DNA from: Octopus vulgaris
Lineage: Eukaryota
Length of the DNA: 64,000 nt
Direction of reading: 5' to 3'
Assembly: GCA_951406725.2 (NCBI GenBank)
Contig: OX597818.1
Span: 54,746,001 to 54,810,000 of the forward strand
Each line of letters starts with the position of its first letter. Position 1 is the stretch's first letter. A model generated the notes under the pieces. That model saw only the letters and a program-made list of their open reading frames with translations, was not told the DNA's origin and ran no database searches. The position numbers and the translations under genes are program-made. This document shows, piece by piece, positions 41,454 to 56,144 of this stretch.

Positions 41454-41817
41454 ATATGTATAAAAAATATATATAAAAAAAAATACAAAATGGGACAAGA
41501 ACGCAAAACACTCAAATAGACGACACAAAAACGGACGGGTCATTCGAAGCCTCTAATCTTCAGTCAAGAACCGGATCATCCTTGCAATTTCGGCTGATTA
41601 ATCTTGAGATCGCTCCGATCCGGCCAGCCCCAAGGAAAAACTAAGCTACGAGCATTAGATTTCTTGGAAAAAGGATCGAATGTATTCGAAACAAGGACAG
41701 AAAAACGGACGATGCCACACGAATATAAAATACAAAAAACAATAATAGTCGTCTATTTGAGTGTTTTGCGTTCTTGTCCCATTTTGTATTTTTCTTTATA
41801 TATATTTTTTATACATA
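41454..41817. mobile_element. Element with ~70-bp inverted arms (PLE-like fold-back)
   Basis: Arms 41454-41524/41748-41817. Confidence 0.7.
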
Positions 41818-42216
41818 TCTTTATATATAAAAGTAAGGTTGTGTGCTGTCTGTCTCCTACGATTTAGATTCCTAACTACTCCCACATTTTGTGGTGCAGT
41901 TTAACCAAAACCGGGTATCTTATAGTCGTGATTCATATCGAGCCCTTCTGGGTATTAGCGCGCGTCTACGATGAGTCTACGATTTTAAAAATAATTTACC
42001 ATTATTTTTTTCCATTTTAATGCATTTTTTCGCTATTATATAAGGGAAGTAACTCTCTAAAAATGTCTACGATGAGTCAACGATTTAAAAAAAAAATTAC
42101 CATCATTTTTTTCCCAATTTAATGCATTTTTTGCTATTTTTTGGCTATAACTCTCTAAAAATGCTTATATAGTTATTTCCCTTACAAACCCGAGCAACGC
42201 CGGGCGATACTGCTAG
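41818..42216 (+). mobile_element. Non-autonomous Helitron
   Basis: A|TC..hairpin..CTAG|T; internal duplication of TCTACGATGAGTC block. Confidence 0.9.
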
Positions 42217-42389
42217 TTATATATATGTACAGACTGCTAATGATAGATATTTATATCAGGAATTGAATTCAAGTTCCAATAATATCATTTTGTGTGTGTA
42301 TGCGTGTGTGTGTATGTGTGTATTTATGTGCGTGTGTGTATGCATAACACATAGCGAATTGAACTTTCATGCTTTCCTCCTCTTTTTCT

Positions 42390-42475
<86 letters not shown>

Positions 42476-42679
42476 TACACACACACGTGCGCACGCGCAC
42501 ATATGAGTATTTATATTTTTGTATGCAGAGAAAACTTAAGTCCAGTTCCTTGTGTAAATAGTTTCAATTTTATCACTTTATCCACCTTTCACAATATGTA
42601 TGTATTCTATAATTTTTTTAAAAAATTACTCTATGATAAATAGCTGTTCATAAGGGACTGCATACATACCAGGCGTACA

Positions 42680-42942
42680 TTGATACATATACACACACAC
42701 ACATACATACATACATACATACATACATACATACATACATACATACATACATACATACATACATGCAAGCATACATACATAGATACATACATACATACAT
42801 ACATACATACATACATACATACATACATACATACATACATACATACAAGCATACATACATAGATACATACATACATACATACATACATACATGCATGCAT
42901 GCATACATAAATGCATACATAAATGCATACATACATACATAT

Positions 42943-42973
<31 letters not shown>

Positions 42974-43320
42974 CGTATATACATACATGCATATATACAT
43001 ACATACATACATGCATGCATGCATACATAAATGCATACATAAATGCATACATACATACATATATACATACATATACATACATACATATATACGTATATAC
43101 ATACATGCATATATACATACACACATAAATACATACATACATATATACATACATAAATACATACATACATAAATACATGCATACATACATAAATACATGC
43201 ATACATATATACATACATACATACATAAATACATGCATACATGCTTACATATATACATACATACACAAACACATACATGTATACACACATAAATACATTA
43301 CATACATACATATATATATA
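42680..43320. repeat. (TACA)n compound microsatellite
   Basis: Direct reading. Confidence 0.95.
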
Positions 43321-43551
43321 CTTCATATATATACTATTTATATATAAACGTAAACTGTACACACGCAGTCATAATTGTGTATACATATATTTATATATAT
43401 GTGTGTGTTTGTATATATATACACAGTGATACATATACACACACACATATACATACACAAACACATACATACATGCATATACACATACATATATATACTA
43501 TTTATATATAATCGTAAACTATACACATGCAGTCATAATTGTGTATACATA

Positions 43552-43765
43552 TGGAGGCGCAATGGCCTAGTGGTTAGGGCAGCGGACTTGCGGTCGGAGG
43601 ATCGCGGTTTCGATTCCCAGACCGGGCGTTGTGTGTGTTTATTGAGCGAAAACACCTAAAAGCTCCACGAGGCTCCGGCAGGAGGTGGTGATCCCTGCTG
43701 TACTCTTTCACCACTCTAAAATGCGGTGCTCCAGCATGGCCGCAGTCAAATGACTGAAACAAGTA
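43552..43765 (+). mobile_element. Chimeric SINE: SINE-A head plus SINE-B tail
   Basis: Head to ~43715, then GCGGTGCTCCAGCATGGCCGCAGTCAAATGACTGAAAC. Confidence 0.85.
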
Positions 43766-43810
43766 CAGAATATATTTACATATATGTGTGTGTGTGTGTG
43801 TTGTATTGTG

Positions 43811-43846
<36 letters not shown>

Positions 43847-43871
43847 TGTATGTATGTATACATCGATAGAC

Positions 43872-43970
<99 letters not shown>

Positions 43971-44199
43971 CGAGTTGATAGTTAGATCGATAGATAGTTG
44001 GTTATACACACACAGACACACACACACACATACACACACACACACATACACACACACACACATTTAGCAATTAAAAGAAGACAGAATATTCTGTAACACA
44101 TCTTTAATTATAAGTTACAATTGTTTTCGTACCACTTCTATTTGCAACGCCAGTTTACCCGAAAATTCTCAATGAAACCTCACGTATTTGCGGTTCTAA

Positions 44200-44525
44200 A
44201 GGCAACGAGCTAGCAGAAACATTAGCACGCCGGGCGAAATGCTTATCGATATTTCGATAAGTCATTGGTCATAAATGCTATAGCTGAATGGATCAATTAG
44301 CTGCTGTTCCACGCTGGCAGAAACGTTAGCACGCCGGGCGAAATGCTCAGCGGTATTTCGTCTGCGTTACGTTCTGAGTTCAAATTCCGCCGAGGTCGAC
44401 TTTGCCTTTCATCCCTTCGGGATTAAGTACCAGTTACGCACTGGGGTCGATGTAACCAACTTAATCCGTTTGTCTGTCGTTGTTTGTCCCCTCTGTGTTT
44501 AGCCCCTTGTGCGTAGTAAAAAAAT

Positions 44526-44528
<3 letters not shown>
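44200..44528 (+). mobile_element. SINE-M with duplicated head and captured 54-bp flank
   Basis: Head to 44256, insert 44259-44312, then near-full copy. Confidence 0.85.
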
Positions 44529-44584
<56 letters not shown>

Positions 44585-44832
44585 GATACACGCATGTAAA
44601 CTTTCGAGAGAACCTGAATTAAATAATTCCTTTTTCGAAGTAGTTCATCTCGCAGCGCACATAAGCTATATATGATAGCGTGTAAATATTGAGGCGAAAA
44701 ACTGCTTGGCTAAAAAAAGTTGAAAGGCAAGCCATCAACTTTCAGTATCCGAAGAAGTTTTTCAATCCATTATTTACATATTATTTATAGCATAATGCCT
44801 GCTTCCCGATTGCCCTTTTATAAAAGAAAGAA

Positions 44833-44911
<79 letters not shown>

Positions 44912-44935
44912 GATATATATGTATATATATATATG

Positions 44936-45011
<76 letters not shown>

Positions 45012-45017
45012 TATATA

Positions 45018-45170
45018 CTAGCAATATTGCCCGGCTTTGCTCGGGATTAAGATAGGATTATTAAGCAAATCAAGTTCTTTATTTCACACCAAACTAAGTA
45101 ACATCGACGTCAAATTTGGGCGAAATCCGTTAAAATTGTATACATGGGCAACACACATACACACACGTAC
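45018..45170 (-). mobile_element. Helitron 3' end
   Basis: Minus strand CCCGAGCAAAGCCGGG-caatattg-CTAG|T; 5' end not defined. Confidence 0.7.
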
Positions 45171-45537
45171 GTACACCTATTGCATACATGTTTTTCGTAC
45201 GGATACATGTTCGTGTGTGTTCCCCATATATCAACAAAACACTTTTTCATTCGATGGAAAAAAAAAAAAAAGTCTTAACAAAAGTTTACACGTCGCTAGA
45301 AGGGGACTTTACTCCTGTTAGCAAGCAGTGATTTCTCCGAATTGAAAATTGTTAAAAGTTTTGGTTGAAAATTTATATTTACTGGTATTCGCTTGTGCCT
45401 CTGGTAAAAATAAGTTGACGAAAATACAGCTAGAGTCATCATGAATGTCCTCCTAAAATTGGAGCGACATGCGTGCTTATTTGTGGACGTGCATAAATTA
45501 CATTCACGTACACACACGTCCTGCCTTTCATATATAC

Positions 45538-45645
<108 letters not shown>

Positions 45646-45652
45646 GTATATG

Positions 45653-45695
<43 letters not shown>

Positions 45696-45973
45696 CTATC
45701 GAAAAAGGTCATTAACATCCATCCTCATAAAAAAATTTCATATCATCTTCCATAAAAATGATTTTCAAAAAATCACCTATACACTTCAAAAATTGTATTA
45801 CTTAATCCTCATAGACTTTCATATACATACATATATATATATGTGTGTGTGTGTGTGCGTGCGTTTGTGTGTGTGTGTGTGTGTGTGTGCGTGTGTGCGT
45901 GTGTGTGTGCTACCACTACGAACTTTTCTCCACTCGACTTGTACCTTTACGGATACTTTACCTCTACGGGTAC

Positions 45974-46009
45974 CTTTCTGTAGAAGAGCTTAGGCTCGAA
46001 ACGTAAAAG
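45974..46009 (+). ncRNA. Minimal hammerhead-like motif, CUGUNGA variant
   Basis: cttt-CTGTAGA-a-gagc(ttag)gctc-GAAA-cg-TA-aaag; downstream homologous to 21440-21500. Confidence 0.6.
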
Positions 46010-46132
46010 ACTTTTTCTATTCCTGAGCGCTATACTAATACATCTGTTTGTTTTGTACACCACCTGTCTTCGTCTTTTGTTTTTTTCGTAAGCTTTCCCC
46101 ATATATATATATATACATATACATACATACAT

Positions 46133-46170
<38 letters not shown>

Positions 46171-46219
46171 CGATACACTGACAGTCAAACAGACAAACAG
46201 TCAGACAGGCACAAATAGG

Positions 46220-46254
<35 letters not shown>

Positions 46255-46996
46255 GTAGATAGATAGATAGATAGATAGATAAATAGATAAATAGATAGAT
46301 AGATAGATAGGTAGATGAATATATAGATGTAGGGGATTTGAAAGTCACTTTAATTTCTCTCATATAAGATGCTTGATGTGCTGGCACCGAGACAGATCAA
46401 CCGAAACTCTTGGGTCTTTGTTTAAAATATTTCCCATCCTATCAATGATGAGCCAAACCCCGAAAGGCCTGGGTGTACATATTTTTTCTTCACTTGATAA
46501 ATCGTTTCACATTGGACAACTCGTGGCACGGTGGCTGTTTCGACGAATTTAGTCGATCAGATCACCTCCAGCTCTCAATTTAAATTTGCCACTTTCTACT
46601 AATCTATTTGTTGAACCATCACGTAAGGGGGACATAACATGCTGAGACAACTCTGAGACAAAGGCACACACAATTACATACGTATCCTTACGCATACGTG
46701 TGCGCATGCGCACACATTCATATATATGGATCGTAGAAGATTGTGTTCTATCTGTGTTTATGTATTTTAATCATTATTTCCACGAAGGAGTGTTCGTAGT
46801 TTACAGCTCGGTGCCAAAGTCGGGAAATGCTTAGATCCAAATGATGTGTACATGTGGAGATTGGTATAATTACATTTGTAGTTTAGTGTATCATGGGATC
46901 TCATATCTTGGTGATGGTTTCCAGGTGCGGGACATTCTTGGAAAGGAGAAATAGATGTAGTACTTAATGCGAAGATTAGGAAAACAAAAGACGCAA

Positions 46997-47068
<72 letters not shown>

Positions 47069-47294
47069 GTAGATAGATAGACAGAGAGATGGGATAGAGA
47101 TAGATAGCTAGAAAGATAGGTAAATAGATAGATAGATAGATAAATAGATAGACAGACGAATAGATAGATAAAAAGATAGACAGAAAAAATAGATAGATAA
47201 GTAGTAAGTTAGCTAGACAATAGATTGATAAATAAGGTGATAGACGGTTAGATATAGCGACATATATATTTATAGCAGACGGACAAATAGATAT

Positions 47295-47366
<72 letters not shown>

Positions 47367-47530
47367 GTAGGTTGATTAATGGATAGATATATAGATAAGT
47401 AGGTTAACAGATGAATACATTAATAGGTAGATAGATATGTCAAAAAATGTAGAGAAATGTAATTTTTTTTCGCAGATTATGATATACTTATAAATATATA
47501 TGTATGTACGCATGTATATATATATATATG

Positions 47531-47595
<65 letters not shown>

Positions 47596-47732
47596 ATATA
47601 TATATATGTAAGTATACATATATATATGTACATACATACATACATACATACATACATACATACATACATACATACATACTTACATACATGCATACATACA
47701 TACATACATATATACACATAGACACACACACC

Positions 47733-47956
47733 CACGAGGAGGGGGGCTGAAAAGTTCTTGGCATTAAGAGTTTCGCGAAAGGCATAGCTGGAGGCCCAAA
47801 TTTCCCAGTTCCTTTTACGGGGCTTAAAAAAACCGAAGGGCCGCTACAATGAGTATGTGAATCTGAGAGGGGAATATGTTGCATAAACTCATGACTAACT
47901 GATCCTCCTCTACTCCCTTTTACACAAAGCCCCGAACTTTTCGGTACCCCCTTGTA
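47733..47956 (+). mobile_element. mariner deletion derivative (MITE-like)
   Basis: Imperfect TIRs (CGAGG..GGGGCTGAAAAGTTC / GAACTTTTCGGTACCCCCTTGTA); internal [13 protein letters not shown] resembles mariner C-terminus. Confidence 0.75.
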
Positions 47957-48001
47957 CAGATAGACAGACAGGCACACACACACACACACACACACACATA
48001 T

Positions 48002-48046
<45 letters not shown>

Positions 48047-48142
48047 TGAAACCTTTTGTACTTTATTTGTAGGAAATAAACAAAGGTTTAAAATATGTAT
48101 TTAGTATTTGGGGTATTATAACAAAACAAATAACATCAAATA

Positions 48143-48305
48143 AGGCGCAGGAGTGGGTGTGTGATAAGTACCTTGCTTACCAACCACATGGTTCCGGGTA
48201 CAGTCCCACTGCAGGGCACCTTGGGCAAGTGTCTTCTACTATAGCCTCAGGCCAACCAAAGCCTTGTGAGTAGATTTGGGAGACGGAAACTGAAAGAAAC
48301 CCGTC

Positions 48306-48355
<50 letters not shown>

Positions 48356-48552
48356 GGTACAACAATGCACCAATATTCGCTGGAAATATTCAATAAAATA
48401 ATCTATATTTATATTTATACTTCTAGCGGTTTGGACTAAGCGACCGATAGAATAAGTACTAGGCTTACGAAGAATAAGTCCTGGGGTCGATTTATTCGAC
48501 TAAAGGCGGTGCTCCACAGTAGCCGCAGTGGAATAACTGAAACAAGTAAGAG
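48143..48552 (+). mobile_element. SINE-B, internally rearranged
   Basis: Family match at both ends. Confidence 0.85.
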
Positions 48553-48799
48553 AAATACACGGCGAAAAAATATATTAATTTTCAATTCGTAATATTTTTA
48601 AATGTACAAGTAAGGGTGACAATTCTAGGCATGTTCGGTGTTCTTTTTGTAACACGTCCGAGAAATACAGGTTTCCAAACAATCGCTTCACATAGCAGAT
48701 TTTTAATAACCTATCGGAGAGTATAAAATTATATCGAAAGAAACAAGTGATGGCCTATACTGAGGGTTCGTGTTATACCTTCGTACCGTCAGATATTTG

Positions 48800-49340
48800 T
48801 GCGTAACTGGTACTTATTTAATCGACCCCGAAAGGATGAAAGGCAAAGTCGACATCGGCGGAATTTGAACTCAGAACGTAACAGCAGACGAAATAGCTAT
48901 TTCTTTATTACCCACAAGGGGCTAAACACAGAGGGGACAAACAAGGACAGACATAGGTATTAAGTCGATTACATCGACCCCAGTGCGTAACTGGTACTTA
49001 ATTTATCGACCCCGAAAGGATGAAAGGCAAAGTCGACCTCGGCGGAATTTGAACTCACAACGTAACGCAGACGAAATACCGCTAAGCATTTCGCCAGTTC
49101 ACTGCTTTCAAAGCATTAACAATACTGGTTTCAAATTTTAGCACAAGGTCAGCAATTTTGGGGGAGGGAGTAGGTCGATATAATCAACTTACCAGTGCGT
49201 AACTGGTACTTATTTTAATCGACCCCGAAAGGATGAAAGGCAAAGTCAACTTCGGCGGAATTTGAACTCAGAATGTAAAGACAGACGAAATGCCGCTAAG
49301 CGTTTTACTCGGTGTGCTAACGATTTTGCCAGCTCGCCTC
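48800..49340 (-). mobile_element. SINE-M dimer plus older monomer
   Basis: Junction GAAATAGCTATTTC at ~48897. Confidence 0.85.
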
Positions 49341-49577
49341 TTTCCGTGCATTAACAATGTTAATACCAAAATAGGATAACTTAACAAGCGTGTCTAATTT
49401 GCATAATCTTGTTGCAATTTACGTTGAATTGGGAAAATCAGAATCATGAGGAAGGGTATATAGTATCGATGAACTGATATAACAGAGAAATATCGATATC
49501 TGTTGTTTCGCTTGGTTTTGAGGTATACAGTGTTTTTATTTATATTTGATACTCTACCTCTTAAAGAGACTTTCCCT

Positions 49578-49997
49578 GGACGAAATACCTATTTCTTTAC
49601 TACCCACAAGGAGCTAAACACAGAGGGGACAAACAAGGACAGACAAACGGATTAAGTCGATTACATCGACCCCAGTGCATTACTGGTACTTATTTAATCG
49701 ACCCCGAAAGGATTAAAGGCAAAGTCGACCTCGGCGGAATTTGAACTCAGAACGTAACGGCAGACGAAATACCTATTTCTTTATTACCCACAAGGGGCTG
49801 AACATAGAGGGGACAAACATGGACAGACATAGGTATTAAGTCGATTATATCGACCCCAGTGCTTAACTGGTACTTAATTTATCGACCCCTAAAGGATGAA
49901 AGGCAAAGTCGACCTCGGCGGAATTTGAACTCACAACGTAACGGCAGACGAAATACCGTTGAGCATTTCGCCCAGCGTGCTAACGCTTCTGCCAGCT
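49578..49997 (-). mobile_element. SINE-M dimer ending in start of a third unit
   Basis: Junctions GAAATAGGTATTTCGTC at ~49590 and ~49772. Confidence 0.9.
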
Positions 49998-50350
49998 GCA
50001 GCCTAAAAGCCTTTAAGCAAACCACATACATTATGTATATGGTATCATTAATTTTTACATCATTAGAGCTGCTTCTAACTCAAAATTTAAAACAAGGAAT
50101 ATCTTAAATTATTGAGAAGATTACATGATTATATTTAGTCTTGGATTTAATATTTCTATCTCCCGAGAAAGTTTCTTTTTTAATTCTTTTTCGAGTGTCT
50201 TTCTTCACCTCTGCACTGTTGATACCATTCATTGAGGTAGGATGTCTCCATTTTGTGCTTTGCTAAATTAGTCCTTCTTAACGTTAAGAATAACATTTTG
50301 AATATGTCTCCTCCTAGGTCATCCTTTTGTTTCTTAAATGGATGGATAGA

Positions 50351-50730
50351 GGCACTCCGTCGGTTACGACGATGAGGGTTCCGGTTGGTCCGAATCAACG
50401 GAACAGCCTGCTCGTGAAATTAACGTGTAAGTGGCTGAGCACTCCACAGACACGTGTACCCTTAACGTAGTTCTCGGGGATATTCAGCGTGGCACAGAGA
50501 GTGACAAGGCCGGCCCTTTGAAATACAGGTACAACAGAAACAGGAAGTAAGAGTGAAAGAAAGTTGTGGTGAAAGAGTACAGCAGGGATCACCACCATCC
50601 CCTGCCGGAGCCTCGTGGAGCTTTAGGTGTTTTCGCTCAATAAACACTCACAACGCCCGGTCTGGGAATCGAAACCGCGATCCTATGACCGCGAGTCCGC
50701 TGCCCTAACCACTGGGCCATTGCGCCTCCA
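50351..50730 (-). mobile_element. Full-length SINE-A
   Basis: Reverse complement of 6186-6566. Confidence 0.9.
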
Positions 50731-51366
50731 CTATTTAGAAGATTACAAGATTAATTTTAGTGTAGATTTAATGTTCCTATGTCTCAAAAACGTTTTTTTA
50801 AATTCGTTTTCGAGTGTCTTTCTTCACCTCTACACTGTTGATATCATTCATTGAGGTAGGATGTCTTCTTCATTTTGTGCTATGCTAAATTAGTCGTTTC
50901 TTAACATCAAGAATAACATTTTGAATATGTCGCCTCCTTGTTCATCCTTTTGTTTCTTAAATATTCATCTGTTGACAACAACGCTCAGTTTCTAATCTTA
51001 ACATCTACCGACACTTTCATCTTTAATTCCTGTTTCTTTTATAATATTCTCTACTTTATTCGTGCCAAAATGAGATCCTATCTCCTTGAATGCCTCATCA
51101 ACTTTGTTCTTACAACAGCTTTTTCAAAAATTCTCACAAATTCTTTCCTATCACTGCATTTCGTATTTCTGTGTAAACTTCAATATTTGCCATGTCAGTC
51201 ATTTTTCTCTTTCTTCACCTCATCTATCATTCCAAAATGTTATGTTGTATTTAACCGTTTTTCTCTGGATCAAATCCAATGACATACTCAAAATCAATGT
51301 GTTTCTTTTATTTTTTTTTGCCGTGAAATCCAGTGAGTATTCCGCTGCTCACTATTAACCTCATCA

Positions 51367-51427
<61 letters not shown>

Positions 51428-51625
51428 TCATGCATACTTGCATACTTGCATGCATGCATGCATACATACATATGTATATATACACACATGCATACATATA
51501 CATATAAATATTTGTATATTTATATATACAGATATTTATATATATATATATATATATATACATACACATACATATATAAACACACAGACATATATATATA
51601 TATATGCATATATATTTATGTATAC

Positions 51626-51668
<43 letters not shown>

Positions 51669-51683
51669 TATTATATGCATGCA

Positions 51684-51750
<67 letters not shown>

Positions 51751-51847
51751 GCATATACATATATACATGTATGTATGTATGTATGTATGTATGTATGTAT
51801 GTATGTATGTATGTATGTATGCATTGCTATTATTATGTTCATCGTTA

Positions 51848-52455
51848 AGGCGGTGAGCTGTCGGAATCGTTATCAAGCCGGAAAAATGCTTACCGGTATT
51901 TCTTCCGAATCTACGTTCTGTGTTCAAATGCTGCCGGTGTAGGCTTTGTCTTTCATCTTTTTGCAGTCCATAAAATAAGTACCAGTCGAATACTGGGGTC
52001 GATGTAATCGACTTATCCCCTCCCACGTAATTGCTGGCCTCGTGCTAAAATTTGAAACCAATGTTCTGTCCATCATATCATCGTAATTACTATTATCTTT
52101 GTTGCTTTTAGCTGTCCTATTTCAGCAAATTTCGCTTTCTTAGTTTCCATTGTAAATAATAATATTTAAAACCCGGTTCAGTTTCCCTAATTTCACACCT
52201 TGACTGAGTCATATACTCAGTGAAACTACAATGAAATTATCATGAATATTGTTGATAAGGTGGTGAGCCGGAAGAATCGGAGAAAATGCATATAGGCATT
52301 TCTTTCGGCTCTCGACATTCTAAGTCCAAAATTCCGCCGAAGTAAACTTTATCTTTCATGCTTTCGGGATCGATAAATTAAGTACCAGTTGAGCACTGGG
52401 GTAGATATAATCGACTTTACGTCTCTCCTAAAATTTCTGGCCTTGTACCAAACTT
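51848..52455 (+). mobile_element. Two old SINE-M copies (51848-52060, 52257-52455)
   Basis: AAGG(C/T)GGTGAGC heads and TAAGTACCAGT..CTGGGGT cores. Confidence 0.75.
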
Positions 52456-52472
52456 TTAAAATTTATGAATAT

Positions 52473-52866
52473 TACTCTTTTACTCTTTTACTTGTTTCAG
52501 TCATTTGACTGCGGCCATGCTGGAGCACCGCCTTTAGTCGAGCAAATCGACCCCGGGACTTATTCTTTGTAAACCCAGTACTTATTCTATCAGTCTGTTT
52601 TGCCGAACCGCTAAGTGACGGGGACGTAAACACACCAGCATCGGTTGTCAAGCAATGCTAGGGGGACAAACACACACAAATACATATATATATATATATA
52701 CATATATACGACAGGCTTGTTTCAGTTTCCGTCTACCAAATCCACTCACAAGGCATTGGTCGGCCCGGGGCTATAGCAGAAGACACTTGCCCAAGATGCC
52801 ACGTAGTGGGACCGAACCCGGAACAATGTGGTTGTTTAGCAAGCTACTTACCACACAGCCACTCCT
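52473..52866 (-). mobile_element. Full-length SINE-B
   Basis: Family match. Confidence 0.9.
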
Positions 52867-53300
52867 GTATACATAAGTTCAAATCTGTTGCTCGCCCTTT
52901 GCTATGTTTCTGACGGAATATCGTATTCTGCATTGGTTTAGTTCAGTTAACATTTATGAATAGGTACCACATTAATTTGGTCCAGCCTTAGATTGGTGGG
53001 CCATCAATGAGTTTATCTAGTTGCCCGAGAATAGGGACCAGATCAGTCTGGTTCAGATTTATACTAGGCCCACAATTCAGTTAATCTAATTGTCAGGGGA
53101 TCGATATCGGTTCTGTGTCGTTCACTTTCATTCCGAGTCCATCAATCAGTTCCTTTGGTTGTGAGGAAGTATTATTTCTTGATCATTTTCATTTAGCTTT
53201 ATATTTAGGTCTATTTTATTTATTTTATTTTTTATTTTATCTAGTTTCAGCTCACGAGCTGTGGCCATGCTGGGGGCACCGCCATTAAAATGTTAAGAGT

Positions 53301-53336
53301 TGGAGAATCCGGGTATCGATCCCGGTACCTCTCGCA
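53301..53336 (-). pseudogene. tRNA-Ala 3' half only
   Basis: Minus strand TGCGAGAGGTACCGGGATCGATACCCGGATTCTCCA: intact T arm with ATCGA loop typical of eukaryotic tRNA-Ala; 5' half not seen. Confidence 0.75.
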
Positions 53337-54199
53337 AGAAACAGATACCAGATGAATTTGATTTTTCACTTTATTATTGTTCCGAAATGTGTTGGTCAAA
53401 CCGCTTTGCCATTAGACCCAAAATTTCTCATTTCTGGCTTGTACGCAATAACACGTGACACTCGTCGTACACTGAGTTTTCATCCATCTTTCTCAAGGAA
53501 ATCTTCTTCTGCCATTATTGGTATTGCATCTTTGGAAGTGGTTGTTTGAGTTTCCTCAAGTGTGAGTTGAACTTCAACCACGAGAGGTATAGTTCTTAGC
53601 AAGATAAAATATGTCTACCTCGTTCATTCCTTTAACATTTCAACGTGGCGGCACATCGTTGCATATTTCAATTAACCGAAACTCGAATAAAGAACGTGTG
53701 ATTAGATTTCTAATACACGTTGGAGCTAAATAATTGGTAAATCATATTGCAAGGAATGCAGAATACATGTGTAGAAAGAAATTATGACATTTTAAACTGT
53801 TTATCTATTATAAATTAGACTGAACGTGTTATTTACGAAGAAGAAGGAAAGGAAGAAGGAATGAAGGAAATAAAGAAAATAATATAATATGACATAATAA
53901 CATCAGACAAAATAGAACTATGAAAGTATTTGAATACATGTAATGTCAAAGTTTCTAATTGATGAGAACGTTGCAAAAATGGCGGCGTCAGACATAAAAA
54001 TATAAATTTAAAACTAAGCTAAATAAATAAATAAATAGCGTTAAAAAAATATTAACCAGCGAAAGATAAACGAAAGAAAGAATGAAAAATTGGTTCTTTG
54101 ATGTGTTTGCCGAAGAGGCAGGGAAGTGAAAAAAAAAAAAAGAAAAAGGAAAAGAAAAAAATGAAAGAAAGAAAGAGAAAAAGAAACTAACCAAAGCCA

Positions 54200-54233
<34 letters not shown>

Positions 54234-54456
54234 GTAAAGGAGTTTATATAAGTGAAATACAGAAGATTGCATTCTTTTCCGTTTGTGATGTTACTGCTTA
54301 AAATGCAGTTTGTAAACGAGTTATGCCAGTTAGCGGAAACTGTTGAGAATGTGTTTAGTGAAGCAGAAAATTTCTCTGTTGAAGAGGTTAACGGAAGTGG
54401 TCCGAACGGAAGTCGCCGACTCTGTGCATGACCCCCTCCCCTAAAATATATACACT

Positions 54457-54511
<55 letters not shown>

Positions 54512-54542
54512 ATATATATATGTATGTATGTATGTATGTACA

Positions 54543-54575
<33 letters not shown>

Positions 54576-54660
54576 ATATATAAATATATACATACATATA
54601 TATATATATATAAATATATATATATGTATGTATATATATATATTTCTACATATATATATG

Positions 54661-54692
<32 letters not shown>

Positions 54693-54694
54693 TA

Positions 54695-54727
<33 letters not shown>

Positions 54728-54737
54728 GTATATATAC

Positions 54738-54803
<66 letters not shown>

Positions 54804-55141
54804 ATTAAAGAAAAATTTGAGAAAAGAACGTTTTAAAACAAATAAAACACATAAACAATAACAATAAGAAGAAAAAAAACGAAAAGTAAGATGTTGGGTA
54901 TAACAACAAGTACAGCAACAACAACAACATGATGCTCCACATAAAGTAACAACAACAACAACAGCGGCAGCAGAAACAACTGTAACATTAATAACATCAG
55001 CGAATAGAAGAACAATAACATAAATAATCTGGAATACAAAACAGTTAATAAAAGAATAAGACGAGACAAAGCAAAGGAAAAGTAGTGTTAGCCTCTCTCT
55101 CTCTGTTTTCCATTTTCCTTCTACCTTCCTCCCCCCCCCCC

Positions 55142-55178
<37 letters not shown>

Positions 55179-55259
55179 GTACACAAACGCTTACTTACTG
55201 ACAAGCGCGTGAACGTGTACACACGTACACACACCGGCAACTGGTTAAGGGTGAAAAGA

Positions 55260-55327
55260 AAATAATAATAACGATGATAATAATAATAATAATATTAATG
55301 ATAATAATAGTAATAATATTAATAATA

Positions 55328-55358
<31 letters not shown>

Positions 55359-55392
55359 TAATAGTAATAATAATAATAATAATAATAATGAA

Positions 55393-55446
<54 letters not shown>

Positions 55447-55447
55447 G

Positions 55448-55488
<41 letters not shown>

Positions 55489-55492
55489 AATG

Positions 55493-55538
<46 letters not shown>

Positions 55539-55539
55539 A

Positions 55540-55583
<44 letters not shown>

Positions 55584-55635
55584 TAATAATAATAATAATA
55601 ATAATAGTAATAATAATAATAATAATAATAATGAA

Positions 55636-55672
<37 letters not shown>

Positions 55673-55708
55673 GTAATAATAATAATAATAATAATGATAA
55701 TAATAATA

Positions 55709-55781
<73 letters not shown>

Positions 55782-55782
55782 G

Positions 55783-55814
<32 letters not shown>

Positions 55815-55842
55815 TGATAATAATAATAATAATATTATTATT

Positions 55843-55919
<77 letters not shown>
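55260..55919. repeat. ~660-bp (AAT)n microsatellite
   Basis: Direct reading. Confidence 0.98.
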
Positions 55920-55920
<1 letters not shown>

Positions 55921-56144
55921 GCAAACGATGATAGTGAAAAAAAACAACAACAACACCAAAAACAAAAAAGGATGAGTAGGATCGAGTACTCAGGGAGGCA
56001 GGGTTGGGATGGGATGAGACGGGACTGGATGGAGTGGAGATGTGGCGGGGTGGAAATAAAAGGAAAAAGCGGGAAAGTGTGTGAGAGAAATGGTGATGGC
56101 GGCGGTGGGGGACAAGCGGTAAAAGTACAGCGAAAGAGTAGTAA

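Noticed and set aside
46395-46475. GAAACTCTTGGGTC and TGATGAG..GAAA hammerhead-like words
   Set aside because: Cannot assemble a core with paired stems
54287-54430. 47-aa ORF with two CGGAAGT motifs
   Set aside because: Too short, no homology recognised, motifs alone insufficient
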